Assembly: GCA_951406725.2 (NCBI GenBank)
Contig: OX597821.1
Coordinates: 105,338,001-105,402,000 of the forward strand
Direction of reading: 5' to 3'
Origin: Octopus vulgaris
Taxonomy: Eukaryota
DNA: 64,000 nucleotides
Under the pieces are notes generated by a model. It was not told the origin of the DNA, did not search any database, and worked only from the letters and a program-made list of their open reading frames with translations. Shown piece by piece: positions 42,066 to 56,796 of the stretch; position 1 is the first letter of the stretch, and each line of letters opens with the position of its first letter. The translations under genes and the position numbers were made by a program.

Positions 42066-42350
42066 GGTACAGGACGTCACCAACGATGCAAATACCGCAG
42101 AAATACGTAAACAACGAAACTTAAAAAGTAAAAGAAGGACAAGTAAACACAGCAAAAGGATTCTTGATTAGTTGTCGGCTGTCTATCTACTCCTCATTCC
42201 CAGCATTGTCATTGAATGCTTAAAATGAGTAGTAGATAGGCAGCCAACTAATGAAGGGTCCTTTACTCTGTTTCCTTGTTCCCCGTTTCATTTTTGTTCT
42301 CCTAGTTTACGTATTTCGCGTTATTTGCACTATTGGTGACTTCCTGTACC
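42066..42350. mobile_element. ~285 bp imperfect palindromic (foldback/MITE-like) element between (TA)n tracts
   Basis: ggtacaggacgtcaccaa / ttggtgacttcctgtacc ends; gctgtctatctactcctcatt / aatgagtagtagataggcagc inner arms. Confidence 0.8.
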
Positions 42351-42359
42351 CACATATAT

Positions 42360-42436
<77 letters not shown>

Positions 42437-42809
42437 AAATTCGAACAATGTTTTCTCCTCCCTCTATACATAAATGCAATTAGATAATTTTCCTAATTAC
42501 ATTAACTATAATGTGATTAACTTAGTTTTTATTTTTATGCAGCTGACGTTCATCGGTAAACTCCTAAAATCATGGTTTTTCCCCCTCCCTGTCGCTTATT
42601 CTTGTACGTTCTATCCACATCAATATATGTCTTCAGATTTTGTTTTTAAATCACTTATCTTGAAAGTATGAATACGACACTAATTCAATGAAGAGTTCAG
42701 AATACCAAATCTAAAGTTGTTACCGTCACTTATCACAATCCGGAAATCTTAATACTGTTTTTTGAGCCAATAGTCCTTCTCACCTGTGTGTGTGTGTGTG
42801 TGTATGTGT

Positions 42810-42861
<52 letters not shown>

Positions 42862-44285
42862 CTTTCCATTATTGACTAAAGAAAGTATATTGGTATTCTT
42901 CATGTGAATAGTATAAGTTGTCTTAGTCGCTATAATACATGTAACAATAAATCTTCTAGTATTCTTTATTTGTTATAGTGATTGACCGATTGAGCACCAA
43001 TTAATTCAATAAGTGCGGTGGATGATATTCTTTGGTAGGTATATTTAAGAAGAGAGAGACATCATTGAATTTTTTTTTTCCGGACTTTGCAAAATCACAC
43101 TGAATTAATATTTGTTACTCACAACATTAATCCTTTTAAATACATATTTACTTCGTTACGTGTTGATAAAATATCAGGTAATACATTTTTAAAAAAATAT
43201 CTTTTTATCCTGTACTTCTCCCAGTCTTTGGTCACCATCTCGAAAGATTTACATGGACTAATCGAACACAGATTTTTCTTTCATTAACTACTGGCGATGG
43301 CAGATTCATTTAGTCGGATACTTTTTATTTTTACATTTTATTTTTATTTTAATCGTTATTTTTACGAACCGTAAAATCTGGGGACGTAAGCAAACCAACA
43401 TCTGTTGGTGGAGGGACTAGCACAAATACACACAAACGCACACACCCACATACGTACATACACATATACACACACACAAACTCAGACACATACATACGCA
43501 CATACACACACACATATATACATACAAATATATACACGCATATATATATATATATATAAAATACACACACAAACGCACAAACATACATACTCACATACGT
43601 ACACACATACACCCACACATATATAAATGCATACACACAAACACACATACACAAACACACAAGCACATACACATACACATCCATATGTATGTAGATAGAT
43701 AGATAAACAGAGAAATGAGTAGATTTAATGTCAGATTCAGTATATTATAGAGCCGTGAGAATGATTTATGTAGAACTAACTCGAATGATGAGAATCAGAA
43801 CTAAAAGTATTTAGCCATATGTTCGAATTTATATAACAACCATGTTTCCCTTATGGACGTACTTCTACATGTTTGTGTATTTGTGTGTGAGTGTGCGCGA
43901 TTGTATTCATTTGCGCGTATGTGTGTATTTGCGCGTGAGCATGTGTGTGAAGTGTGTGAGTGTTTTTATGAGCGTGTGTGTGCATACGTGTCTTTTTCGT
44001 GTATTTCAACCTCTTTGAGCTATTGGCAGTCAGTGTTTGTTTCTTTTTGACAGTAACATAACAGTTGTTAAAAAGATCCCGACAAAATAAGCAACAGATT
44101 TCAAAGAAATAAGTTATGAGGTTGAACTTATTCCACAAAAGTCTTCAAGTTGGTGCGTGAAGAGATCCATAGTCCTAGGACTGAATAAAAAAAAACCCAT
44201 AAAAGATGTAACCCTCAAGAGACAGTCGAGATGCTCATGGCTGGAACGCTACTGCTGATATCGATTTAGTTATGCTTCACAAGTG

Positions 44286-44585
44286 TGGAGGCACATGACC
44301 TAGTGGTTAGAGCAGCGAGCTCGCGGTCGAGGGATCGCGGGTTCGAAACTTAGACCGGGAAATGTGTGTTTATGAGCGAAACACCTAACTTCCACGCCGC
44401 TCTGACAGAAGGTAATGGCGAACTTCTGCGGGGTCTGTCGTCACATCTTTCTCTCACTCTTTCCTCCTACATCCTGTAGCTCAACTGCAACGGACCGGCG
44501 TCCCGTCTAGGTAGCGAACCTATACGCCAAGGAAACCGGGAAACTGGCCCTTATCAACCAGACGTGGCTTGAGAAGGAACAAACA
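44286..44585 (+). mobile_element. tRNA-derived SINE (head A-like with V-like tail)
   Basis: ggaggcacatgacctagtggttagagcagcg..gggttcgaa; cggcgtcccgtc..ggaaaccgggaaac. Confidence 0.8.
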
Positions 44586-44971
44586 TGCTTGATACGTAGT
44601 TAATAACAAGTTGAGTTCATATGAGATTTTAAACGCATACGGTATTGAATAATATGCTTGTTAACCATTCAATATCTTATCGGTTGTTGACCTGATGACA
44701 TATCCGACTTTTGTAATTACAGTTGGTAATATAACATTTACCAAGGTGGATTACTGCTGGAAGCACATTTTTGTAAGACTGTTTACTTGAACGAATCCAT
44801 GGGAAGATAAATCCTTGCTTCTTAATACGGTCTCTTCACTGTTTCCGTTTCTAATGGATCTTCTTTGACGTGGTGTACGTTAAATAGCCTCTTGTTACAA
44901 GACTTTCCGGCTTACTCTTCTTTGCTAATTGAAATACGCACATACACACACACACACATACACACACGCAT

Positions 44972-45025
<54 letters not shown>

Positions 45026-45358
45026 TACAGAGAGATATAGACAGACAGACAAAGAGGGAGAGAGAAAGAAAGAGAGATAGATAGACATACGCACATACTG
45101 GTATAGCTTCCTTACAAAATTATTTATACAAACATACAGGTGATTAAATATAAGAGTACAGGAGTATATATGTGTATGAATATATCGTAACTATGTGTGT
45201 AGGTGTGTGTGTGTGCGCGTGTTTGTGGATGCGGGAGTGTTTGTGTTTGCGTATGTTTGTGTGAGTGTGCATGTGTTCGCCTGTGTAAAATTTGATGGAC
45301 GGATAAACATGTTAATGATGTAAATATACATTTATATATATATATATATGTATTTATA

Positions 45359-45452
<94 letters not shown>

Positions 45453-45749
45453 CTGTTCATTTATACTATACACGATAATAAGAAACATTTAAGTCTAAGA
45501 CAACGTGGATTTGTCTAAGATGTTATTTGAACTACTTGAAGATGACCCTATATTATTATTATGTTTTTGCTTCTCTTGTCTTTGCATTTTTATGCTGTGA
45601 TTTTTAAGCAGTCTTTTCCCATTATCTTATTACTTTAACAATGTTTTTAAAACAAATTACGAAATACGTATTTTTGTCTAGAATGCTTGCTCTCCCCATA
45701 TATTTACTGAAAATTGTTGATGATGACTCAGTGACTATATAAACTACCA

Positions 45750-46150
45750 ATAATATCTCCAAATCTTAAATTCTACAATGCTGCGTGGTAAATGGATTTT
45801 CTGGAAGACTATGTCTCAGTCAACCCGAAGTGCCATCATCCGTCGTAGTAGATGAATATGTGCAGTTGTCAACCCTCGAGTTACGTGAGCAAATGAACGG
45901 GCGCACTTGGGTTTGTTGGAAAGACGCTTATCATAGATATACTATATCACGATTGACTTAGCATTAAATGACATCGTTTAAGTAAATTCGTACATAACGA
46001 GCAAACGGGCAGGATTAAAAAGTCTTACTCAAATTTGGTTAAAAAGTCTTACTCAAATTTGAATGTTACAAACCCAAAAAGTTTCGACAATATAAATGCA
46101 AAACAAAAGGAACTTAACAGCGGAAGCACATAGTAAGTTAAGCAATGTAC
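45750..46150 (+). mobile_element. Very decayed RTE-like LINE C-terminal fragment
   Basis: ELREQMNGRT.. resembles RTE L...QLRWAGH region; weak. Confidence 0.25.
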
Positions 46151-47147
46151 GTCTACCTGCGAAAAACAAATGACTGTTTTCTTTTTATATAGCACATTGT
46201 TTATGGCTTGAGTATGAAATCCTAGATGGGAACGCGTGGATAAAACAATAGAGTCCTAAATCACATTCTTATGTGGGGAGAAATGAGATACAAAAGAAGA
46301 AAGGAAAATATTTCTTTATCCTTTACATCATAGATAGATAGTAGTAGTAGTAGTAGTAGGAGGAGGAGGAGGAGATGGAGGGGGGAGGAGACAAATGGTG
46401 GAAAAAATAGAATAGTCATGTGTCATGTCAATTGAAAATACGATCAATGTTTTAAGCGATCCTTTTTCATAAAGGAACGGAAAATTTAAGCCACAAGTCT
46501 TCTACTGTCTTCTCGTGCGAGCAAGTATTCTGTTCTAAGTGGAACATATTTACCCAGAGGTGTATATTTGGGTGTATATGCAGGAAACGGCGCTTTGTAG
46601 TGTGTTATATGTGCTTAAGTTTGTATGTGTATGTTTGCGTGTGTGTTAGTGTGTTTATCACATTTTACGTGTGTTTAGGTCAAACGTAATTATAATCTCC
46701 AGTAATGTACAATCTTATCAAATCGATTTGCTTAATAAGTAATCACCATTGTATCTACTAGTCTGGAGTAATTAAATAGTCAATATCAATACTACTCCGT
46801 TGATAGCGGGACCCCAATCTGGTCTCATCGAAGCACTGAATCTTTCAGAGACAACACAGTAAGAATAAGTTTAATAAGTATTATAGAATTTCTGATTTTA
46901 TAATTGCGGTTACTGCGAAATTAATTATAGCAAATCAAATCGATTTTTATCCAGGACAATATATTGTAATTTCAGTTGGGAATTTTCAGAATTAATCATT
47001 TCTATAGATTTTGAAAGTTATTTTTTCCGTATCTAGAAAACAGAGAACGTGCTTGCGCGAAATAATAATCGCATATATACTCATATAGACACAGATTGGC
47101 TCACAAGTGCATTGAAATATAATTATGTACACATGCATATGTATATA

Positions 47148-47233
<86 letters not shown>

Positions 47234-47268
47234 TATGTATATATATATATATGTATATATATATATGC

Positions 47269-47300
<32 letters not shown>

Positions 47301-47807
47301 GTCATCTCATTCTGAGATTTAATAATGCCTATATATATATAATTATATATATATATATATATATAGATAGATAGATACATACATACATACATACATGCAT
47401 ATATACATACGCACACACATATACATATGCACATACAGTACATATGTTTATGGAAATGAATTGCATTTTCGAATAATAAAGTTAATTTAAGAGTTTCCTC
47501 ATTAATGTAAGACCATACCATCGTACGAAGTGGGGCGGTGCATGCGTGTTCGTGTGTGTTTCAGATTGGGATGTGTTTGGTTCGTTACTGATATAGCAAT
47601 CCATAACTTCCATGCCAAAAAGATATAACCTCACCGAGACAGAATGTCTGATACTTAGCCCTAGGTTCACAGGAATTTTTAGTCCCAGAATCATGCGCAC
47701 ACTCATATGTACACATATATCTATATATATATCTCTATCTTACTTTCTCTCTCTCCGTGTCTCTATCTATAAATGCATATGTATAAATTTATATATAGAT
47801 ATATATC

Positions 47808-47844
<37 letters not shown>

Positions 47845-47971
47845 TTATATATATATGTATATACATATATATGTTTATACTTACAAATACATATATATAA
47901 TCATATATATATATATATGTATATATATGTATATACATATATATATTTATACTTATATATATATATATATA

Positions 47972-48192
47972 TTCTTTTATTCTTTTGCTTGTTTCAGTCA
48001 TTTGACTGCGGCCAAGCTGGAGCACCTCCTTTAGTCAAGCTCGTTGATGCCAGGACTTATTCTTTGTAACCCTAGAGCTGATTCTATCGGTCACATTTGC
48101 CGAACCGCTATGTTACAGAGACGTTGGCACACCAGCATCGGTTGTCAATCGATGTCGGCAGGACAAGCATAGACAAACGTACACACGCACAC

Positions 48193-48257
<65 letters not shown>

Positions 48258-48463
48258 CATATATATATATAAATATATAAATGTGTGTGTGTATGTGGGG
48301 AGGTGTATGTGTGTGTGGCGGGCTTCTTTCAGTTTCCGTCTACCAAACCCAATCACAGGGCTTTGGTTGGCCCGAGGCTATAGCAGATGACACGTGCATT
48401 GCGACTGAACCCGAAACCATGTGGTTGGTAAGCGAGTTACTTATCACACAACCACTCTTTCGC
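47972..48463 (-). mobile_element. SINE family 2
   Basis: tttcagtcatttgactgcggcc..cgggcttctttcagtttccgtctacc..accatgtggttggtaag. Confidence 0.88.
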
Positions 48464-48475
48464 CTATCTATCTAC

Positions 48476-48507
<32 letters not shown>

Positions 48508-48763
48508 TTACCTATTGCTCTCTATAGATAAACATATACACGTGTGTATACATATATGTGTATACAGATGCATGTATGTATAAATGTATATGTGTATGTG
48601 TACTTATGAATACATGTATGTTTATATCTATATCTCTATTTGCGCGTCTGTATATGTTCATGGGTGCGCGCGTGAGAGGACTCAGTGTGTTTGTGTACGT
48701 GTGTGTGTGTGTGCAAACATATGGCTGTATTTATATGTATGCATACACACACACACATATATG

Positions 48764-48817
<54 letters not shown>

Positions 48818-48870
48818 CATACATACATATATACATATATATATATATACATATATATATATACATACAT

Positions 48871-48938
<68 letters not shown>

Positions 48939-49572
48939 GTGTGTTGACTTATTTGCTGTTCATAAATAATTCTAACCCATTATTGATTAACTTTTTAATG
49001 CGATAAATTTTTCACCAATATATATATAAAATATCTTCTGTGCTGTATTCACGTTCATCGATTACGACAGACCGCAAATGCGAGTGACTGTTATCTCTCT
49101 GTTATTGCAATCATTAGACGCAATCAAAATATATTTATATATTAAACACACGGCAACACATATGTAAGTGGTATAACTGTTGATGATAAGGGGTGGTGCG
49201 TACAATTATTATATAAATATATATTTTTTAAGACTGTGTGTATATTCGTAGGGGGTGCAAATAAAAGTCTGCCGCGATGCAGTAAAATATACGATTACTA
49301 TTATAATTTGAAGCAGAAAAAAATTCGCCAAACAGAGCAGTCGATATAACAGAAACCATAACGTTAAAACTATTTTTCCTCAATTTCCTTGAAAGTATGT
49401 GTATCTTTGGGTTGCTTTATAAGTCAGAAATCGAGGAAACTGAATTAAAAGATTGTAGGCCATTTTGTCTGGCTTTCCACCTTTTCTGACATGCATTGCC
49501 CTTTTAAAATGATTAAAGTAATGATATTACACTCACACACACCCACACACAGACACACACACACATATACCT

Positions 49573-49603
<31 letters not shown>

Positions 49604-49719
49604 TCCATGAATATATATATATGTATGTATTTATGCATTTGTTTATGTGTATGCGTGTATGTGACTATTGATATAATGAGAACAAAATAAGATTAAGTAG
49701 GAATACACGCAGCCAAGTG

Positions 49720-49720
49720 G

Positions 49721-49805
<85 letters not shown>

Positions 49806-49896
49806 CATCATAACCATTATGATCATCAGTAATGGTGGCACTAGTAGTAATATATTATTATTATTACTATCATCATCATCGCTATCGTTGTTGTTG

Positions 49897-49947
<51 letters not shown>

Positions 49948-50060
49948 GTAGTAGTAGTAGTAGTAGTAGTAGTAGCAGTGATAGTGGTGGTGGTGGTGGT
50001 GGTGGTGGGTGGTGGATGGTGGTGGTGGTGGTGGTGGTGGTGGTGGTGGTGGTGGTGATG
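49720..50060. repeat. Compound trinucleotide mosaic (CTA)(CTG)(TTG)(TTA)(TAG)(GTG)
   Basis: Directly visible. Confidence 0.92.
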
Positions 50061-50839
50061 GCGATGGTAGCAGCAGGAACAGTTGGGGTTGCATATTTGC
50101 AGACGAGCTGACGTATTTTCCAAAGGCTTGTGATCAAGACATGAACACATCTGAGCAGGACCCTGAGTAGATTCAGCCGTATCGAAACAGAACAAAAGAC
50201 TCACAACCCTTGCATATTTCAGAAAATCATCGTAAATTCTTCAATTCTTATTACTATAGCTTAACACGAAAATATACACTCATTTCACATCTACACTACA
50301 GTTGTATAAAAGGAAATCCTCCGCATTAGGTACAATGTATTTGGGGTCGTTCTAACCAGTTTCGGCACTGATATATTTCATCAGCTTAAAGCTTACTGCT
50401 AGGTTACTTATCAATAACTAATGGCAGGCTTATGCGCATCCCACGCTTAAGAATCTAGCCTGTTTTTCTGTCGATCGATATATGCTCTGGGGTCAAATTA
50501 GACGGCCAACTATAAGAATAGTTTTATTTCATGCGCTTTGTCCGCCAAAGTTTACCGGTTCATAATATTGATAATTTGACGCTGGATCCTTGCTGCGAGT
50601 AGAGCAGATGTAGATGTGTTTCCCAGATGTGAGATGTAATTGCGGGGTAAAGTCATTGGTGCAGTTGTTTCGGGCACACAGAACGTGAAATGGTCGGCTC
50701 CGTTGCGAAGCAATAGTAAGTGGACGCAAGTAGGGCATGAAATTATTACAAAAAAATAGTGCTAATATATATTTGAAAAACTGATTTCAATGTGGTATGA
50801 TAGATACTTCCATTGTAGGAAGGGTTGAATTACAGGGCT

Positions 50840-51040
50840 TGATGTTTGGTTCAGATCACTCTTGTATTTGAATAGTATCTATGTTTGTGAAAAGTTGGAC
50901 AAAAGATAGGGAACATCAATTTGGCAACTCGCTCTTTCTTTCGTTGAGTACAACGGTGAATAGATATGCATGTATCGATGGCACCTTCGCTTATACACAG
51001 TCGTATTCTTGAGCATTTTCTGTTTAATATTCGTACCAAG
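50840..51040 (-). mobile_element. Decayed mariner/Tc1-like transposase fragment
   Basis: LCISEGAIDTCISIHRCTQRKKERVAKLMFPIF resembles mariner LGIS.G.V..I.H..L..KK..ARWVP. Confidence 0.35.
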
Positions 51041-52536
51041 TTTTAATACAGTCCAGTACATTAATATTTTGCACCTTCACAATTTTGCACCTTCGCAATT
51101 TTTCGGTTTTCAATTCTTATAAATTATCAAAGCAAGTATTTTACTTTCAGAGTCTAGAATGCACATACATATTTTTTTCCGTCCTACACACACATTTCAC
51201 ATGCCTCCGAACCGTGTGCCTTCTCTTTATTCTTCTTATTTAACTTGGACTGATATTTCCCTACAAATGTAAGACAGGTTGCCGATCTCCATCATCAAAT
51301 ATCCATATCTTGGTCAATAAAATGGATAATATCTAGCCAATGAAATAGCTTCTTAACTCTCGACTACCTTCAATAATGTCAAAATACATCACAGTAAATC
51401 TCTATTAGCATCCGTGATTTCCATCTTGGATTACATCACTTTGATCTCCATCCTTGAAATAATATCACCTCTCTTATTGTATGATCGACATCAACACATC
51501 ACTGCACGAAATGTGATACCTACTGCCACTATTCAGGGATTATTTTTACCGTTAATAATCCTCTCCCTTATGCTTTTGCGTTGTCATACAATCTCTCAAC
51601 AATTACCTGTGTGTATAAACCTCTGCAGACTATAAGAACTTACATTTTTCTCCAAATTCTACAAGGTTTTCCGTAGTCAATTAACATATTCCAATGCTAT
51701 ATGAGACGTGTGTCATTTCTCCTCTTTATGGTATTGATATCGTTGATGCTAGAGAAGGGTAAAGGGCAAAGTGCGACCCAAAGAATTTTTTCAATAGCAG
51801 GCCTAAAGAAAAATAACCATGAATGATTTAAGTAGTGCCTCTAGAATTTTGCACATCTCATATCCCAAGCGGCCCGAATATAGATAAGCATTACTTATGC
51901 TTGTTAGAGAATTTCAATGTCAATATCCTGCTTAGTTTTGCTTTTAATGTTATGGACTTGAATTGTTCAATCATTTGTGGCATAATCTCCCAATTCATCT
52001 AGATATTCACATTTATCAACACTATCAAACTCACGCACCTTCTCATTGATCTATAGCTATACTCCATTATGTATTTGGAACATTCCTTTATTCATGGCAG
52101 TTTGTAAACTTTGAAATCCACTCCCAAACCATTCCAGTGTTATTACCGATTACTCTCAGGGCACCGGCAAATGTGCTCAATGGGCTTTCAAATATAACAT
52201 ATTACGTCAGCTAATCGAACTTGAATATGGTTAACAATCAATGGTTTTCTTGTATGTTACATCTACTATTCACATTTCTCAATATTGGAGACACTGATAT
52301 AGAAAGAAAGAAGAACTCTAACCACTGTAGTTTGTCACCTTGAGAAATATCTCAATATATTTTGATATTTGCGAGCAGGTGTTTTATTTTTTTTTTCTTT
52401 ACAGTTCCCAATATTCCATGAATGTTCGCATCTGTTGAATGATATTTCTAGCTTTTTTACATTTTCAGTATTTTCATAATCGAAGATTCGTGAAGATACA
52501 TGACACACTTTTTACGCTAAAATCGGTGTGACGTTT

Positions 52537-52558
52537 CTACTACTACTACTGCTGCTCT

Positions 52559-52626
<68 letters not shown>

Positions 52627-52827
52627 AAAACAATAATAATAATAATAATAATAATAATGATGATAATAATAATAATATACACATTATTATACTTATAATC
52701 AACATCATAACCACCAATACTATCACCATCATCATCGCCGTCGTCGTGATCATCATCATCATCATCATCCTTATCAGCAACAATAACAGTAACAGTGGTA
52801 GTAGTAGTAGTAGTAATAGTAGTAGTT

Positions 52828-52889
<62 letters not shown>
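52537..52889. repeat. (CTA)n and (TAG)n tracts in inverted orientation around an ATA/ATC spacer
   Basis: Directly visible. Confidence 0.9.
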
Positions 52890-53950
52890 TGGTTAGTTAT
52901 TGTTGGAGAGATTAGTACGAGTTGTATTTATTGAAGCAAAATCGATAGGGAATCTATTTATTGATTTATCGGTGACATACATCTTTTTTTGGAAAATAGA
53001 GTATGTCCAGTTTACAATCGATCTAACTAGACTAAAGAAAGAAGTAAATAAGCCAAAAATATGTAAGTGTAGATGAAGAATATAATTGAAAAGTAAAAAA
53101 ACAATAATGAAATCATTATTGACTACCACAGTATTGATGATAATGAGGAGAAAAAATGCTATATATGTGTTACTGGTGTTTGCGCTAATGTCAATAAAAA
53201 ATGGCGGTTAATGTGATAAGAGGATGAACGCCATGATCATGATGATACTGAAGAAAATGGGAGTAAAATATAGGAAATTTTTAGATTATATATAAAATAA
53301 ATAAAACGAAAAGAAGAGAAATTTGGAAAAGCAGAAAGTAATAAAATAGATAAGAAATTAAATACTAAATATATATCTATAAATACTACCTTTAAAAAAA
53401 TACAATGTATAAATTCAATAGTTTTAATCAAAAATATTCTGCGATGGCCTCCAATTTGTACTTCCCTAGATTTAGATTCCGCCTCGCATATAAAATGGTC
53501 AATCATATTAGCGTGTTCAAAGAATTTAATTAGCGTAATGAGAAAAAAGTTAATTGACGCTTTATTGTAGAGATATTTCTTATGAAAATTCTTACTATAC
53601 AATACGAAAGAGTCTGAGTGAAGTGTTGAAGCGTCTGATATAGGTGATAGAAATAATGGAGGGACGTGTTGTTAGAAGGTGGGTTCGGACCGATGAAATG
53701 TCTGGAGAAAATGTATTTCTCAACCCTAATATGATTTATCGGATATTAGCTAGAAATCAAATTATATACGAAGATAACTTAAGATGTTATATATGCATAC
53801 ATACATACATGCAAATATACAAACATACATGCATACATATATACATATATATGTGTGTGTGCACGTATGTTTCTGTTTCTATATAGTGATATTAGATATA
53901 TATATATATATATACATATATATACATGTATATACATAAACACACACACA

Positions 53951-53999
<49 letters not shown>

Positions 54000-54114
54000 G
54001 CATACATATACAAACAATATATGTGCTTATATGTCTGTCTGTGTGCGTATATATATATATCTATGAATATATATGTACTTGCACATACTTGTATATATTT
54101 GATTATTCATACAT

Positions 54115-54147
<33 letters not shown>

Positions 54148-54152
54148 CATAC

Positions 54153-54196
<44 letters not shown>

Positions 54197-54794
54197 AAAT
54201 ATATATATATATACATACATATATTATATATATATGTATAAATATATATATATATATGCATATACATATGCATACACACACACGCACACACATATGTATA
54301 TATATTTCTCTTTTTACAAGTATATGTATATACGTGTGTGTGTGTGTATTTGTACATATATGTTGTATGTGCGTGTATTTGCGTGTGTGTATTCATAGAT
54401 AACTAGTATCTTAAAAATCAGGTGATGTGCAGAATTATATTTCCTTTCTTCCTCCAGTTTTTGGCACAGCAAACGTCAATGGGGGGCGGTATTTTCTAAC
54501 AGAGCCAGGCGTTCACCTAATAGAAACCCACAATAGAACGTGATGCGATATGTGTATTGTACTATTACACACACACGTGTACACATGCTGATGATCCCCA
54601 TTTTATATGGGTATATGCGTATGAGAGCACATGTGTTGTATATATGTCATGTTTATCAATATGCGTTTTAATCTTACGCTATACCTTCATGTGAAATTTT
54701 AGCTTGTCATATATTCTGGGAACACCGTATTGCTAAATTTCGTTTATGAATTTATTATTTTTACTATTATAATTGTTGTTGTGGTTGTTGTTTG

Positions 54795-55036
54795 ACAATT
54801 AGAAATTTCAGTTATCTTTGTTCTGGTAGATTCTGTAACTTTTGATATATGGTTCGTAACTATCGTGGGAAACATTCACCATCGAATGACCAATCTCAAA
54901 ATCGTTGCTGTTCCTAGGAGAGCAATTTATTAGGTCCTGCCTTGTTAGCATGTTAATTCTGATTTTTCTGACATATTTCTCGAACATGGTGTTGGTGCTC
55001 TGAGTGTCCCTACAACTACTTGAATGATACTCTCGT
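54795..55036 (-). mobile_element. Decayed R4/Dong-like 3' fragment
   Basis: IIQVVVGTL..IALLGTATILRL; flanked by TTG/TTA and TCA/TTA tracts. Confidence 0.7.
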
Positions 55037-55059
55037 TATCATCATCATCATCATCCTCA

Positions 55060-55105
<46 letters not shown>

Positions 55106-55129
55106 TAGGGGATCGAGCTTGAAGAATCA

Positions 55130-55320
55130 TTAGCAAGCTGGTGAAAATGATAAACGATACTTTATCTGTCTCTTCGCACTCAGATCAAATTCGTCCGGGG
55201 TGGACATTGTCTGTCATCTTTTCGAGGTCGATAAAAAAAAGTACCAGTTGAGTATTGAGGTTGATGTAATCTGTTCCTTCCCTTCTCCGAATTTTCCGGC
55301 TTAGTGCCAAATATTCGAAA
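55130..55320 (+). mobile_element. SINE family 1, diverged
   Basis: tcatcttttcgaggtcgataaaa..gtaccagttgag. Confidence 0.6.
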
Positions 55321-55390
55321 AATTATTATTATCATTATTATATCTGAATATTTAAAAACATGTGCTAGATATATATGATTGTGTATATAT

Positions 55391-55781
55391 TCTTTTCTAC
55401 TCTACGCACAAGGAACGAAATTTTTGGGGAGGGGGCCCATTCGATTTGATCGATTCCAGTACACAACTGGTTCTCAATTTATCGACTCCGAAAGGATAAA
55501 AGGCAAAGTCGACATCGGCGGAATTTGAACTCAGCACATACGACATACCTATTTGTTTACTAGCCACCAGTGGTTAAACTCAGTGAGTACAATCAAAGAC
55601 AGGCAAACGTTTTAAGTCGATTATATTACCCCCAGTGCGTAACTAGTACTTAATTTATCGACCCCGAAAGGATGAAAGGCAAAGTCGAACTGCGCGGAAT
55701 TTGAAATCAGAACGTAGCGGCAGACGAAATACCGCTATGTATTTCGCCCAGCGTGCTAACTTTTCTACCAGCTCGCAGCTT
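55391..55781 (-). mobile_element. SINE family 1 with duplicated body
   Basis: Two units with ccgaaaggat.aaaggcaaagtcga..ggaatttgaa.tcag. Confidence 0.85.
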
Positions 55782-56364
55782 TGACTGTGTATAGATGGAA
55801 CACCCCTTAATGCGTGAATTTTTAAATGAAAAATGCAATATCCTTTTGTGGAAAATATACTTTATACGAAAAACATTGGCAGTTTATATATACGTTTAGA
55901 GTTTATGCGTTCTTGTTATGAATCAAACAATATTTTTGATATTTGAATAGAGGTAATTATAGACCTTATTTCTAACACTATATTATTAAATGTGAGGGTG
56001 CATGGTTAGGATGCCTCACACACGACGAAGTCTTCGACATTTCAGCTGCCTGCTGCACTGGGTAATGACTTGTATTCTTGACCAAAATCCTTCATCTAAT
56101 GCTGCTCTGCGATCACATGGACGCCTTATCTGTGGTACACTGTGCACCTGTTCAGGCAACCTTGGCACGGTGGAATGAAAGAGCTTATATATAGAACGAA
56201 CAAACATTCGACAACTATAACACATTATTTGTGCATGTTGTTCAGAAAGACATTCTGAAACAGTCTCTCTCGGAATCCAACAGGCCGCCGCCATATACTC
56301 TTAAAAACACGAAGAGCTATTCTATCTGACCGGTATATCAACATCTCAACGTAGATGTAGTAGT

Positions 56365-56796
56365 AGCTGTGTGGTAAGTAGCTTGCTTACCAATCACATG
56401 GTTCCGGGTTCAGTCCCACTGCATGGCTACTTGGGAATGTGTCTTCTACTATAGCCTCGGACCGACCAAATCCTTGAGAGTGGATTTGGTAGACGGAAAC
56501 TGAAAGAAACCCGTCGTATATATGTGTGTATATATATGTATGTATATATGTATGTATGTATGTGTGTGTGTGTATATGTTTGGGTGTCTGTGTTTGTCCC
56601 CCCAACATTGCTTAACAACACATGCTTGATGCTGGTGTGTTTACTTCCCCGTAACGTAGCGGTTCCACAAAAGAGACTGATAGAATATGTACTAGTCTTC
56701 CAAAGAATAAATCCTGGGGTCGATTTGCTCGAATAAAGGCGATGCTCCAGCATGGCCACAGTCAAATGAATGAAACAAGTAAAAGAGTAAAAGAGT
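56365..56796 (+). mobile_element. SINE family 2, full length
   Basis: gctgtgtggtaagtagcttgcttacc..ggttcagtccc..gaaacaagtaaaagag. Confidence 0.9.

Noticed and set aside
46015-46061. 24 bp tandem duplication (similar ones at ~20130, ~51070, ~62690)
   Set aside because: Ordinary slippage duplications with no further structure
47049-49006. Many YI/CV-rich ORFs (also at 16.7, 19, 43.4, 53.8-54.4 and 57.3 kb)
   Set aside because: Dinucleotide microsatellites
52405-52525. Candidate exon after strong acceptor tttctttacag
   Set aside because: The first frame stops at 52477-52479, the donor is weak and I recognise no protein similarity
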